Source of the DNA: Alphaproteobacteria bacterium
GTDB taxonomy: Bacteria > Pseudomonadota > Alphaproteobacteria > GCA-2746255
Assembly: GCA_965249135.1 (NCBI GenBank)
Contig: OZ252220.1
Location: forward strand, 800,001-864,000
Reading direction: 5' to 3'
Length of the DNA stretch: 64,000 bases
Shown here: piece by piece, positions 14,084 through 24,154 of the stretch
How positions within the stretch are numbered: the first letter of the stretch is position 1
How the letters are laid out: the number at the start of each line of letters is the position of its first letter
Program-made: the position numbers and the translations under genes
Notes under the pieces: generated by a model
Told to the model about the DNA's origin: nothing
What the model saw: only the letters and a program-made list of their open reading frames with translations
The model's database searches: none

Positions 14084-14096
14084 GGCGCGCCTTAAA

Positions 14097-14132
14097 CCCT
14101 AGTGCAATTCGCGGCCCTAGTGCAATTCGCGG
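14097..14132. repeat. 18-bp perfect tandem duplication
   Basis: CCCTAGTGCAATTCGCGG x2, duplicating the last codons and stop of the NTF2-like gene. Confidence 0.9.
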
Positions 14133-14512
14133 GATGGGCCTTCCTGCCAGCCGCTGGTCGACGCCATCGGGCTTGCCTGGTGGTGAACGAGGCGCCAGGC
14201 GTCCGCTTCCAGGACGAAGATGTTCGTCGTCGCCAGGCGGGCCGCCTCGATGACCTCTTCGCAAAGAACGACGGCGGCGCTCCCGTGGTGAATCACCTGT
14301 TCGCCCCGACACGCAATAGCGGGCGGGTTCTCTAAGATTTCCCGCCAGCTCGCCAGCACCTTCTCGCGCCCAAGGATCGATCGCCAGCCCGGATGGATGC
14401 AGGTGACACTGGCCGTCTCGGCCCAGATCGCCGCCATCGCGTCGCAATCGCCATCCGCAAAGGCGCGATAGAATTCCCCATTCGCCTTCAGCACGTCATC
14501 CGAGTTCGTCAT
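14117..14512 (-). CDS. Nuclear transport factor 2 / SnoaL-like protein
   Basis: ANGEFYRAF, CIHPGW, ATTNIF, WRLVHHQAS. Confidence 0.88.
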   Translation of the reverse strand: MTNSDDVLKANGEFYRAFADGDCDAMAAIWAETASVTCIHPGWRSILGREKVLASWREILENPPAIACRGEQVIHHGSAAVVLCEEVIEAARLATTNIFVLEADAWRLVHHQASPMASTSGWQEGPSRELH

Positions 14513-14531
14513 GGCGGGTTTCCGTTTTTGT

Positions 14532-15401
14532 TCAACTGGCCTTTCTGACCGGAATCTTGAGATAGGAGACACCGTTCGCCTCTTCGGGGGAAAAATGGCC
14601 GGCCCGCATGTTCACCTGGATCGACGGAAGCAGCAGGACGGGTGCGTCGAGCTTCGCATCCCTTTCCTCCCGCACCTTCACATATTCGGCTTCGGAAATG
14701 CCTTCGTGAACGAGAATGTTCTTCTCGCGCTCGTCGGCAAGGGTGGTTTCCCACACATACGCCTTTCGTTCGGACGCGCCGTAATCGTGGCAGAGGAAAA
14801 TCCGGGTCTCGGGCGCAAGCTCGTCGTAGAGACGGTGGATCGAGGCATAAAGCGTGCTTACGCTACCGCCCGGGAAATCGGTTCGCGCCGTGCCGTAGTC
14901 CGGCATGAAGAGCATATCGCCGACGAAGGCCGCATCATTGATGACATAGGTCACGCAGTCCGCCGTATGACCGGGCGTTGCGACGACGCGTCCTTCCAGC
15001 TCGCCGATCTTGAACGTCTCGCCATCCTCGAACAAGTGATCGAATTGCGAGCCGTCCACCTTGAAATCGGCTTCCACGTTGAAGAAATCCTTGAAGAAGG
15101 CTTGCACCTCCGTGACCTGCGCGCCGATACCGACCGGGGCACCCAACCGGTCCTTGAGAGTGGCAACCGCGCTTAGGTGATCGGCATGCACATGGGTGTC
15201 CAGGATCCAGTCGATCGTGAGATCCTTTTCGCCAACGTATGCGAGCAGGCGGTCTGCCGAGGTCGTAGCCACCTTGCCCGATCGCGGGTTGTAATCGAGC
15301 ACCGGGTCGATGATCGCAGCACGCTTCGTCTTCGGGTTCGCCACCACATAGGAAATCGTGTAGGTCGCCGCATCGAAGAAACCTTTGACCTCGGGTTCCA
15401 T
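14532..15401 (-). CDS. MBL-fold persulfide (sulfur) dioxygenase, Blh/ETHE1-like
   Basis: DTHVHADHLS, TPGHT, GDMLFMPDYGTARTDFPGG, CHDY, IQVNMRAG. Confidence 0.9.
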   Translation of the reverse strand: MEPEVKGFFDAATYTISYVVANPKTKRAAIIDPVLDYNPRSGKVATTSADRLLAYVGEKDLTIDWILDTHVHADHLSAVATLKDRLGAPVGIGAQVTEVQAFFKDFFNVEADFKVDGSQFDHLFEDGETFKIGELEGRVVATPGHTADCVTYVINDAAFVGDMLFMPDYGTARTDFPGGSVSTLYASIHRLYDELAPETRIFLCHDYGASERKAYVWETTLADEREKNILVHEGISEAEYVKVREERDAKLDAPVLLLPSIQVNMRAGHFSPEEANGVSYLKIPVRKAS

Positions 15402-15519
15402 GCCTCGCTTCCCTGCCCTTTCCCTTGGAGGGAACGCCGCTTGACACTATATATTAACTCAAAGACGGCAAGGATCATCGAGGTCCTTTACGATCCCTTC
15501 TGGCCTGAGAAGAAAAAGT

Positions 15520-15548
15520 CCGGGAAGGAAAAGCCCGGGAAGGAAAAG
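15520..15548. repeat. 15-bp-period tandem duplication upstream of the rhodanese gene
   Basis: CCGGGAAGGAAAAG at 15520 and 15535. Confidence 0.75.
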
Positions 15549-15558
15549 AAGAGCGCCC

Positions 15559-15885
15559 ATGGACGACCGCATTACGGAGCTCGACCCGGCGACGGCGAAG
15601 GAGCGGCTGGACAAGGACGAGGCGATCCTCGTCGACGTCCGCGAGACGAACGAATATGAAGAGGAATGCATTCCGGGCGCCCATCTGCGTCCGCTTTCCA
15701 CCTTCAATCCCTTCGATCTGCCGAAGACGGAAGGCAAAAAGCTCATCCTCCACTGCGCCGCCGGCAGCCGTTCCCTGCAGGCGGCCGAGCTTTGCCTCGC
15801 CGCCGGCATCGAAGCGGTCGCCCATGTGGCGGGCGGCATCAAGGCCTGGAAAGAAGCGGGCTTTGATACGAAGAAGGGATCGTAA
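15559..15885 (+). CDS. Single-domain rhodanese
   Basis: LVDVRE, CIPGA, HCAAGSRS, GGIKAW. Confidence 0.92.
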   Translation: MDDRITELDPATAKERLDKDEAILVDVRETNEYEEECIPGAHLRPLSTFNPFDLPKTEGKKLILHCAAGSRSLQAAELCLAAGIEAVAHVAGGIKAWKEAGFDTKKGS

Positions 15886-15963
15886 GGTCGGTTTTCCGTT
15901 TGGCGCCGTTCCTCCCATGTTAGGTTGCGCCGGCAACCCTTCACGAAGGCCTCGAAGGACGGC

Positions 15964-17744
15964 ATGCGCGAACTCGCGATCCAAATCCCCATCCTGCTTC
16001 CCCTTTGCCTGATCCTGCTGGCGTTCGCGTTTCCTTTCCTTACGGCCTTTCCCACCCGACGCTGGGCAAGCCCGCCAAGGCTGCCCGGCCTTGGACCCAC
16101 CCTTGGCCTTGGCCTTGCGATCCTTGCCTTCGTGGCCGTGCTCCTCAGCTACTGGGCGAGCGGGCGCAGCCATCACGTGCTGCTTGGCGGCCTCCTTCCG
16201 TGGAACGACGCCATCGGTTACTTCTTCGGTGCGCACCATCTGTTGGACAGCGGCGAGCTCTCCGCGTGGAGCCACCGCCGGCCGCTCTATACCTCCCTGC
16301 TTGCCGGTTTTTTAAGCCTAGGCGGACGGGATCTGCAGCTAGCACTTCTCGTTCAAACCGTGCTCACCGGCGCGGTCGCGTTCTTCGCCGCCCGGGCGGC
16401 GGCGGCAAGGATGGGGCCGGCGGCCGGCTTCCTCGTCTTCGCCCTTTTGTTTGCCTTCGCCGGCGAATACGCGCCGGCAACGATGACCGAGAATGCCGGC
16501 TTCCTGTTCGGCGCGCTTGGCATCGCCCTTCTTTGGCTCAAGGCCGAGCGGCGAAGCCCAGCCTGGTTCGCGGCCGCCGGCTTCCTGTTGATGCTGGGCC
16601 TGTTGGCGCGGGCCGGCGCCTTCTTCGTGATCCCCTTCCTTCTGCTTTGGGCCTGGATCGCCTTTCGGGACGACTAACGAGCGGCCCTGCGCTGCACCCT
16701 GGCGCTGCTTGGTGGCGCCCTGCTCGCGGTTCTCCTCAACCAGGGGATTTACTGGTACGCGGGTACCGGTGATAACGTTCCCTTCTCGAATTTCAGCTAT
16801 ACCTTCTATGGGCTTGCCGTTGGCGGCAAAGGCTGGCTGCAAGTGTATGCAGACTATCCCGAAGGAATGACCACATACAAGATGTTCGCGCTTGCGTTCG
16901 AGAAGATTGCAGAGAATCCGCTTAACATCGTGATCGGTTACGTTCGCAATCTGCCCCATTCAACATTGCGTCTTTTCGATTACGCCCCCGCTTTCCTGCC
17001 CGTACGACCTTTGTTAGGCATATTTTGGCTAGCCGGCTTGTTCGTCGCCTTCCGCCGCCGCCGGGAACCCCTGGCGCTTTTCTTGCTGATGGCGACGGCG
17101 GGCATCGTCCTTTCCGGCCCGTTCCTTCCGACGTTGGAAGCCGCATTTTTGCTGCCACGATCCCAATCGACGCCTATCTGGCAGGGCTTGGCTTTTCGGC
17201 GATCCTCGCCAGGCTTTCTCGGTCGCCCAAACCAACGGAGCCTGCATCGCCTGCGTCAACAACGCCATCCGGCCTTTCCGCCCAGCTCATCGGCACAGGC
17301 AGCGTGCTCGTGTTGCTGACGCTTGCCGGCAGCTTTGTCTTGCCAAGACCGCAGGTAGGCACGCTACCGGCTTTCGCTTGCGGGGCGAAAGAAATGCCGG
17401 CCGTGCTTCGCCTCGGCGACGAATCGCCCCTCGTCGTCCTGCGTGCCGAGCCACCCTTCACCCTTTTCCCGCCCGAGCTGCGCCATGGGGATTTCGTCTC
17501 GCTGCTCCATCCCGCTGTCCGCCTGCGCGAAGAGCTGAAGCGGCTGCCCCCGGAAACGGCGCTCATCTCAGGTCTTGCCCGGAACGAATCGGGCCCCGGC
17601 AACGGCGTTTGGATCGCCTGGAAGACGGAGCGTCTGCCGCCACGGGGCGCGCGCGTTGGTTTCTGCCTGAAGCCGGACCCCCACCCGGTGCTGGGTCGTC
17701 CGTGGCGCGAACCCTCGCGCGTGCAAGTCCTTGAGCGGAACTAG
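15964..17744 (+). pseudogene. Multi-pass membrane protein (possibly GT-C glycosyltransferase-like), interrupted
   Basis: ORFs 15925-16677 and 16843-17319 are in the same frame, separated only by TAA at 16675-16677. A further frameshift near 17130 leads into ORF 17025-17744. Motifs LPWNDAIGY, RRPLY, MTE, NFSYTFYGL. Confidence 0.65.
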
Positions 17745-18646
17745 GCGCGCCGGGACCACAGGCTCGCCAATGCCGCGCCTGAGAGATTGTGCCAGACGCT
17801 GAACAGCGCGCCGGGAAGTGCGGCGGCGGCCGAGAAATACTGAACCGCGAGCGCCACGCCAAGGCCGGAATTCTGCATGCCGACTTCGATCGCAAGCGTA
17901 CGGCTCGTCCGCTCATCGAAGCCAAGCAGCTTCGAAATCCCGTAGCCGCCGGCAAGACCCAGCAGGTTGTGAAGGATGACGACGGCTCCGACCGCAAGGC
18001 CCAGCGTCGCGATCTCGGCCCGGTTGAGCGCCACGACGATGGCGATGATAAGCACGATGGCGAGCACGGAAACCAGCGGAAAGGTTTCCTTCATCGGCCC
18101 GAGACGCCGCCCGAGGAACCGGTTCACGGCAACGCCGAAGCCAACGGGAAGGAGGACGATTTTCAGGATGCTGAGGAGCATGTCGAGAACCGGCACGGCT
18201 ACGCTTTGGCCGACGTAAAGCCAGGTAAGGACCGGCGTGGCTAGGATGGCGAGGCAAGTGGAGACCGCCGTCAAGGTAATCGAAAGGGCGACGTCCCCGC
18301 GGGCGAGATACGTAATCACGTTCGACGCCGTGCCGCCGGGACAGCTGCCGACCAGCACGACACCTGCCACCAACATCGCGGAAAGCCCGAACCCCGTCGC
18401 GACCACAAAGCCGGCCAGCGGCATGATCAGAAATTGCAACGCCAACCCAAGCAGGATGATAAGGGGGCGTTTCGCAACTTCCAGGAAATTGGCCGGCGTC
18501 AACGTCATGCCCATGCCGAACATGACAAGCCCCAGCAGCGGCACGATCGTCGCCTTTAACGGCAAGAATACGTCGGGAAAAAGAGCGGCCGCCCCCGCTC
18601 CGAGGATCGCCCAGACGGGAAAGAGCCGTGTAAGTTGCGACAACAT
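17741..18646 (-). CDS. Bile acid:sodium symporter family protein (PanS-like)
   Basis: MFGMGMTL, CPGGTASNV, EVGMQNSGL, FSVWHN. Confidence 0.93.
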   Translation of the reverse strand: MLSQLTRLFPVWAILGAGAAALFPDVFLPLKATIVPLLGLVMFGMGMTLTPANFLEVAKRPLIILLGLALQFLIMPLAGFVVATGFGLSAMLVAGVVLVGSCPGGTASNVITYLARGDVALSITLTAVSTCLAILATPVLTWLYVGQSVAVPVLDMLLSILKIVLLPVGFGVAVNRFLGRRLGPMKETFPLVSVLAIVLIIAIVVALNRAEIATLGLAVGAVVILHNLLGLAGGYGISKLLGFDERTSRTLAIEVGMQNSGLGVALAVQYFSAAAALPGALFSVWHNLSGAALASLWSRRA

Positions 18647-18666
18647 GCCTGGTTCCCGTGATCGCG

Positions 18667-19419
18667 TCAGAGGGTTTCCAACAATTCTTCCGGAATGGCG
18701 AGAAGGGTGCGACTCGCCCCTCCCGGAATTCCTTTCCTCAAGGCCCGCTCGTTCATGGCAAGCGCCGTGTCGTGCCGCGCATCCGCCAGCGCATAGCCCG
18801 CGCCGCTTAGGATCGCGAGCAGGGAATCCAAGGATTCGCCTTTTTCCTCAATGGCTTCTACAACAATGTCCAGCAGGACGAGCGGCCGAAAATTTTTTAA
18901 CGTACGCATCGCGCCGCGAAGGACGGCGCATTCTTCCCCATCGAGGGCGAGCTTTACGAAATCGACGTCCGTGACCCCCGCGTCTGCAAGATACGCATCG
19001 ATCGCATCCGGAAGCACGCCGGCGACCACCGTGACGCGCGCCTCCATTGCTGGATTGCGCGTGAGATTCGTCTGGAGCCGTTGCGAGGCTCCCTCTCCCG
19101 GCTCGAAGGCAAAAACATGGCCCGTCGGCCCGACAAGATGCGCCAATGGCAGTGTGTGCGCTCCGATCTTCGCGCCAAGGTCGAGAACGATGGCGCCGGG
19201 ACGAAGGAAGTTCCGGTAGGTGGCCATCTTTTGCGATCCGAAAACGCCCGCGAGATAAATCTCGAAATCGTCTTCTTCGCGAAGGTCCAGCCGCCAGTAA
19301 AACCCCGAACGCCGCACGTCCGTGAGCGAGCGGAAACCGAGAAGGTGGCGGAAAAAAAGGACCGGCCGTTGCAGAAGGCGGGCAAGGGCGCTTTTACATT
19401 TTGTCGTCAGCAGCGGCAT
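18667..19419 (-). CDS. FkbM family methyltransferase
   Basis: VLDLGAKIGAHTL, VFAFEP, VDFVKLALDGEE. Confidence 0.8.
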   Translation of the reverse strand: MPLLTTKCKSALARLLQRPVLFFRHLLGFRSLTDVRRSGFYWRLDLREEDDFEIYLAGVFGSQKMATYRNFLRPGAIVLDLGAKIGAHTLPLAHLVGPTGHVFAFEPGEGASQRLQTNLTRNPAMEARVTVVAGVLPDAIDAYLADAGVTDVDFVKLALDGEECAVLRGAMRTLKNFRPLVLLDIVVEAIEEKGESLDSLLAILSGAGYALADARHDTALAMNERALRKGIPGGASRTLLAIPEELLETL

Positions 19420-19533
19420 GGTTGCCCGATGTCTCCCTGGGCTCCATGGGTTTTAGCGGCAATCCGGCGCCGTCTCCAGCGGAAACCCCTACACCTGTTT
19501 TCCCCAAACGATCGGAAGGCCCAAAATCACCAG

Positions 19534-20529
19534 ATGATTAAGAGCCGGCTCGTTGGCCTCGGTGCCTTCCTTTTTTGCTGCGCGCCCTTCCTCGCGGCCT
19601 CGGCCGTCGCCGAAGAGGATCGCGGCACCTTCAGCATCCTCATCGAGAACGACCGGATGGTGAACACGGACCGGCACTACACGCATGGCACGCGCCTTTC
19701 CTGGCTGTCGCCCGCCGACGACGTGCCGGATTGGGCGCGCGACGTCGCCGGCCATGTGCCGCTCTTCGCCAAACAGCGCTCGCTGCGCATCGGCTATGGC
19801 CTGGGCCAAAGCATCTTCACGCCGGAAGACACTTCCTCGCGCGCCCTCATCCCAAAGGATCGGCCCTATGCGGGCTGGCTTTATGTTTTGCTCTCGCTCG
19901 TCGCCGATACGGGCCGACGATTGGACAGTCTCGAGCTTGACCTCGGTATCGTCGGACCGGCCGCCTTGGGGCAGGACGTGCAAAACAACTTCCACGACCT
20001 GATCGGCGTCGGCCGCTCGAATGGATGGGGCCGCCAGCTCGACAACGAACCCGGCCTGGTCCTCTACTACGAGCGGAAGTGGCGGAAATTAAAGGAATTT
20101 TCCGCTCACGGGCTGGGCGTGGACGTGACCCCCCACCTCGGCGGCAGCGTCGGCAACGTGTTCACCTACCTGGCGGGTGGGCTGGCGATCCGTTTCGGCC
20201 AGGGCCTGCCCAGCGACTATGGCCCACCGCGTATCCGCCCTTCCCTGCCCGGCTCCAGTTTCTTCGTGCCTGAGGACGGGTTCGGTTGGTACGTTTTTGC
20301 AGGCGCGGAAGGCCGTCTGATCGGGCGGAACATCTTCCTCGATGGCAACACCTTCTCCGACAGCCACGACGTCTCGAAGCGCATTCCGGTCGGTGATTTC
20401 CAGATCGGCCTTGCGCTTACCTTCGATTTCCTGCGAATTACCTACAGCCATGTCTTTCGCACCCGCGAGTTTCGCGGCCAGTCCCGGGCGGATCAGTTCG
20501 GTGCGATCAGCCTCTCCACCAAGTTTTAA
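19534..20529 (+). CDS. Lipid A deacylase LpxR family outer-membrane protein
   Basis: IENDR...DRHYTHG, GQSIFTP, DRPYAGW, NIFLDGN, terminal F. Confidence 0.9.
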   Translation: MIKSRLVGLGAFLFCCAPFLAASAVAEEDRGTFSILIENDRMVNTDRHYTHGTRLSWLSPADDVPDWARDVAGHVPLFAKQRSLRIGYGLGQSIFTPEDTSSRALIPKDRPYAGWLYVLLSLVADTGRRLDSLELDLGIVGPAALGQDVQNNFHDLIGVGRSNGWGRQLDNEPGLVLYYERKWRKLKEFSAHGLGVDVTPHLGGSVGNVFTYLAGGLAIRFGQGLPSDYGPPRIRPSLPGSSFFVPEDGFGWYVFAGAEGRLIGRNIFLDGNTFSDSHDVSKRIPVGDFQIGLALTFDFLRITYSHVFRTREFRGQSRADQFGAISLSTKF

Positions 20530-20542
20530 GAGAGCCAACGAT

Positions 20543-21424
20543 TTGGAAGAAACCTTTGCCTGCCCTGAATACCTGGTCGAGACGGAATGGCTCGCCACGC
20601 ATCTCGAAGACGCGGACCTTCGGATCTTCGATTGCACGGCCCATCTCCTGCCTGACCCCAAGTCGCGCTACCGGGTGGAGGTGGGGCGCCTCGAATACGA
20701 CACCGGGCACATCCCGGGCGCCGATTTCCTGGATTTCGCGAGCGAGCTCTCCGATCCGGCGGGTGCCTTTCCCCTCATGCTGCCGGCGGCCGCCCAATTC
20801 GAAAACGTCGCTAGCGCTCACGGCATCGGCGATGGCGTGCGCGTCGTCCTCTACAGCACGGAGAACATCTGGTGGGCGACGCGGCTGTGGTGGATGCTGC
20901 GCGCCTTCGGGTTCGACGCGGCGGCCGTGCTGAACGGCGGGTTTCAGAAATGGCAGGCGGAAGGAAGGCCGGTTTCCAAGGCGGCCGCGAACTATCCGCG
21001 CGGCTCTTTCCATGCGAATCCAAGGCCTGGGCTTTTCGTCGGAAAAGGGGACGTGCTGGCCGCCCTCGATGCGCAGGCAACAAAGATCATCAGCGCGCGT
21101 TCGCCCGAACAGCATCGCGGTAAAGAAAAAGTGCCCTATGGCCGGCCGGGGCGCATCCCCGGCAGCGTGAACGTGCCGGCGAATGCCCTTTGCGATTTAA
21201 GGACGAATGCCTATCTCAGTCCGCAACGGTTGCGCGGCCTTTTCGAGGCGGCGGGTGCGTTGAAGGCAGACAAGGTGATTACCTATTGTGGGCTTGGCAT
21301 CGCGGCTACGAACGACGCCTTCGTGCTGACGCTGCTTGGTGTCACACCCGAACGCATCTCTGTCTACGACGCCTCCATGTCGGAATGGTCGCGGGACGAG
21401 AGCTTGCCCCTGGAAATCGGATAA
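20543..21424 (+). CDS. Two-domain sulfurtransferase (SseA / 3-mercaptopyruvate sulfurtransferase-like)
   Basis: LVETEWL, GHIPGA, RLWWMLR, GRIPGS, YCGLGIAA, YDASMSEW; TTG start inferred. Confidence 0.9.
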   Translation: MEETFACPEYLVETEWLATHLEDADLRIFDCTAHLLPDPKSRYRVEVGRLEYDTGHIPGADFLDFASELSDPAGAFPLMLPAAAQFENVASAHGIGDGVRVVLYSTENIWWATRLWWMLRAFGFDAAAVLNGGFQKWQAEGRPVSKAAANYPRGSFHANPRPGLFVGKGDVLAALDAQATKIISARSPEQHRGKEKVPYGRPGRIPGSVNVPANALCDLRTNAYLSPQRLRGLFEAAGALKADKVITYCGLGIAATNDAFVLTLLGVTPERISVYDASMSEWSRDESLPLEIG

Positions 21425-21462
21425 AGTGGAAACCGGCTAAAGGCCGGATAAAGGAAAGGCGC

Positions 21463-22920
21463 TTGGGCTTGCGCGCGCTCATCCTTCTTCTTCTCGGACT
21501 AGTCGTAACCGGCTGTGCACCGCTCCTTGGGGCCTTCGAGCCGGCGGCGCGTGCCGATACGAAAGCCGGCCGTTGCGCCGCCCTGTTCGCAAAAATGGAT
21601 GCGAGGATCGAGGCGGCCGGTGTTTCCGATGCCGCCTCGGCGCGCATCGAAGGCTTCCCCCATTTACGGGTCGACCGTTTCCTGGCGAGCTTCCGAAACC
21701 GTGCCCTCGACGCGGAAGCCTTCGCCGCCTGGGCGGAGCGCCTGCGCGCGCTGGACCGAAAGGCGCGCCGCTTCGAGCTTGCCAACCTACCCGCCGCTAC
21801 TGGGGACGATCGCCTTGCAACGCGGCTTGAGGCCTGCGGCGAGACCTTGCTGGCTCGCGACCTTGGGGAACCAAAGCGCCGAGCGGCACTTCAGGCGGCG
21901 GCCCGCGTACCGGATCACTATTCGGACGTGAACCGCGTGCTCGGCCTCTATCCCCTGACTGCCATCCCGGTCGGTTTTGCCTATGTGAACTGGCGGAAGG
22001 GCCACCTCGATCTCTTCGCGGAGCCCGGCCGGGAGAAGGCCAACGTTCTCCGGCTCGTCCCCGCGGCACCGGCGCCGCTACCTCCGGAAAAGGTGGCGGC
22101 AATCCTTCGCACTTCGGCAGAGAACCCGCTTCACATCCCGGAGCCGGATCCGGAAGCGACGCGGCAATTGCTGGAAAGTTTCGCGCCTGTCTTCGAGATC
22201 GAGACGGCGGGCGCCGTAGACCGCATCGGCGCCCCGCGATGGGTGGTGGGCGAAACCGTCGAAATCGACACGGCGGACGCCGTCGCCTACGGGCAGGTTT
22301 CCCATGGCTGGCTCGAAGGCGAAGCGCTGCTGCAGCTCAGCTACGTCGTCTGGTTTCCGAGCCGCGCGAAAAGCGGCTGGCTCGATCCCCTCGCCGGCCA
22401 TCTCGACGGCGTCGTTTGGCGTGTTACACTCAAAAACAACGGTCGGCCGCTCGCCTACGATACGATGCACGCCTGTGGCTGTTACCACCTCTTCTTTCCG
22501 GTGGCGCCACTCAAGGCCAAGGGGGGAGATTTGTTGACGGATTTCGAAGAGGGACCGCTGGTCCCGATGGAAGCGCCGCGCGCCGCAAACGGCGAACGGC
22601 TTTCCCTTCGTCTGCTCGCAAAAAGCCACTATCTGACCGGCCTCCGTTCGTCGCCATCGACCAGCGGCGAAGGCTTCGCTTACGCGCTTCGCGCCTATGA
22701 CACCTTGCGTTCGCTTCCCTTGCCCAAGCGGGGTCGGCGAAGCCTCTTCGGACCGGACGGCAAGATCGAAGGCACGGAGCGGCTCGAGCGTTTCTTCCTT
22801 TGGCCGATGGGGATTTCGAGCGCCGGCGCCATGCGCCAGTGGGGAACCCACGCCACCGCCTTCATCGGAAGGCGCCATTTCGACGACCCCTATTTGCTGG
22901 ATGAGGTCTTCCGCAAATGA
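21463..22920 (+). CDS. Hypothetical lipoprotein
   Basis: Lipobox LVVTGC; motifs HACGCYH and GAMRQWGTHATAFIGRRHFDD. Confidence 0.75.
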   Translation: MGLRALILLLLGLVVTGCAPLLGAFEPAARADTKAGRCAALFAKMDARIEAAGVSDAASARIEGFPHLRVDRFLASFRNRALDAEAFAAWAERLRALDRKARRFELANLPAATGDDRLATRLEACGETLLARDLGEPKRRAALQAAARVPDHYSDVNRVLGLYPLTAIPVGFAYVNWRKGHLDLFAEPGREKANVLRLVPAAPAPLPPEKVAAILRTSAENPLHIPEPDPEATRQLLESFAPVFEIETAGAVDRIGAPRWVVGETVEIDTADAVAYGQVSHGWLEGEALLQLSYVVWFPSRAKSGWLDPLAGHLDGVVWRVTLKNNGRPLAYDTMHACGCYHLFFPVAPLKAKGGDLLTDFEEGPLVPMEAPRAANGERLSLRLLAKSHYLTGLRSSPSTSGEGFAYALRAYDTLRSLPLPKRGRRSLFGPDGKIEGTERLERFFLWPMGISSAGAMRQWGTHATAFIGRRHFDDPYLLDEVFRK

Positions 22921-23693
22921 GGCGGGTCCTTGCCATCGGTTGTTTCCTCGCCCTCTTCGCCGGGGAACTGGCGGCCATGGTGCCACCGGTTACGCTGGCC
23001 CGCACGGCGGCGCTCTTTACCGCCGGGCGCTTCCTCGAGGCGGTCGAGGCCGGTCGCCACCTCGGCACGCCGGAAGCCCTGGCGCTCGCCGCGCGGGCCA
23101 GCGCCTGCCGCGCCACCCACCTCGCCACGGCCAGCGCGCGACTCGAGGGTTTCCGCGACATCGCCCGCCTCGCCCGCGCCGCCCTTTCCCGCGACCCGGC
23201 GAACCGGGAGGCTCGTCTCCAGCTGGTGATCGCCCTTGGCTACCTTGCCCGTGCCGAGACCGCAATCGATGCGCACCTCGCCGGCTATGCAGACGAAGCA
23301 AGACGGCACCTGGAAGTGGCGATCGAACGCGGATCCGTGACGCCCTGGGCCTGGGCCGTACTGGGGGCATGGCACGCCGAGATCATCTCCCGCGCCGGGC
23401 CGGCCCTTGGCCGCTCCCTCTACGGGGCGAACGCAAGGAGCGCGGTCGTGAATTTCGAACGCGCCGTTCGCGCGGAGCCAACGAACCTGATCATCCATTA
23501 CGAATTCGCCCGCGCGCTCATGCGACTGGACCCCGCGGAAAATGCCGCCCGCGCCCGCAAGCAACTTAACCTTGCGACGGCACTTTCGCCACGGAATGCC
23601 TGCGAACGGCTCTTCTTGAGGCAGGCCTATCGTTTTCGAACGGTGATGGGTCTCGGCGATCGGCAGACCGTCGAGGCCGCGCTCATGCGATGA
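22917..23693 (+). CDS. Secreted TPR-like helical protein
   Basis: Signal peptide, Ala-rich helical repeats, LGAWHAE motif; ATGA overlap with the upstream gene. Confidence 0.7.
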   Translation: MRRVLAIGCFLALFAGELAAMVPPVTLARTAALFTAGRFLEAVEAGRHLGTPEALALAARASACRATHLATASARLEGFRDIARLARAALSRDPANREARLQLVIALGYLARAETAIDAHLAGYADEARRHLEVAIERGSVTPWAWAVLGAWHAEIISRAGPALGRSLYGANARSAVVNFERAVRAEPTNLIIHYEFARALMRLDPAENAARARKQLNLATALSPRNACERLFLRQAYRFRTVMGLGDRQTVEAALMR

Positions 23694-23741
23694 GTGCGCT
23701 TTCGCTTCCCGCACCCCCCGTCCCCTAGGGAGAACCGCTCC

Positions 23742-24095
23742 ATGGAACTTCCGTTACAGATCAGCTTCCGAAACATGGACCCGTCGGAAGCCGTCGAGGC
23801 AAACGTCCGGGAGAAAGCGGAAAAGCTCGAGCGTTTCTTCGACCGGATCACGAGCTGCCGCGTCGTCATCGAGGCGCCCCACCGCCACCATCACAAGGGC
23901 AAGCTCTACAACGTGCGGATCGATCTGGCCGTGCCGGGAAAAGAGCTCGTCGTCACCCATAGCGGGCCCAAGAACCACGCCCACGAAGACGTCTACGTGG
24001 CGATCCGGGACGCCTTCGGCGCGGCCGTCCGGCAATTGGAGGACCATGTGCGAAAGATCGATCCGAAAAGACGGAAGTCGCACGAAACGTCCTAA
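23742..24095 (+). CDS. HPF/RaiA family ribosome-associated protein
   Basis: LQISFRNMDPS, RITSCRVVIE, HEDVYVAIRDAF. Confidence 0.9.
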   Translation: MELPLQISFRNMDPSEAVEANVREKAEKLERFFDRITSCRVVIEAPHRHHHKGKLYNVRIDLAVPGKELVVTHSGPKNHAHEDVYVAIRDAFGAAVRQLEDHVRKIDPKRRKSHETS

Positions 24096-24154
24096 GCCCA
24101 AGCAAAGCCCAGCCAGAGGCTTCCCCTTGGCCTGCGCCGCCGGCTGTTTCTACC

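Noticed and set aside
23719-23730. CGTCCCCTAGGG, identical to 12 nt near the tRNA-Glu 3' end (possible att relic of a ~29-kb island)
   Set aside because: The match is short, lacks the terminal CCA part and doubles as the hpf RBS. There is no integrase and no compositional boundary.
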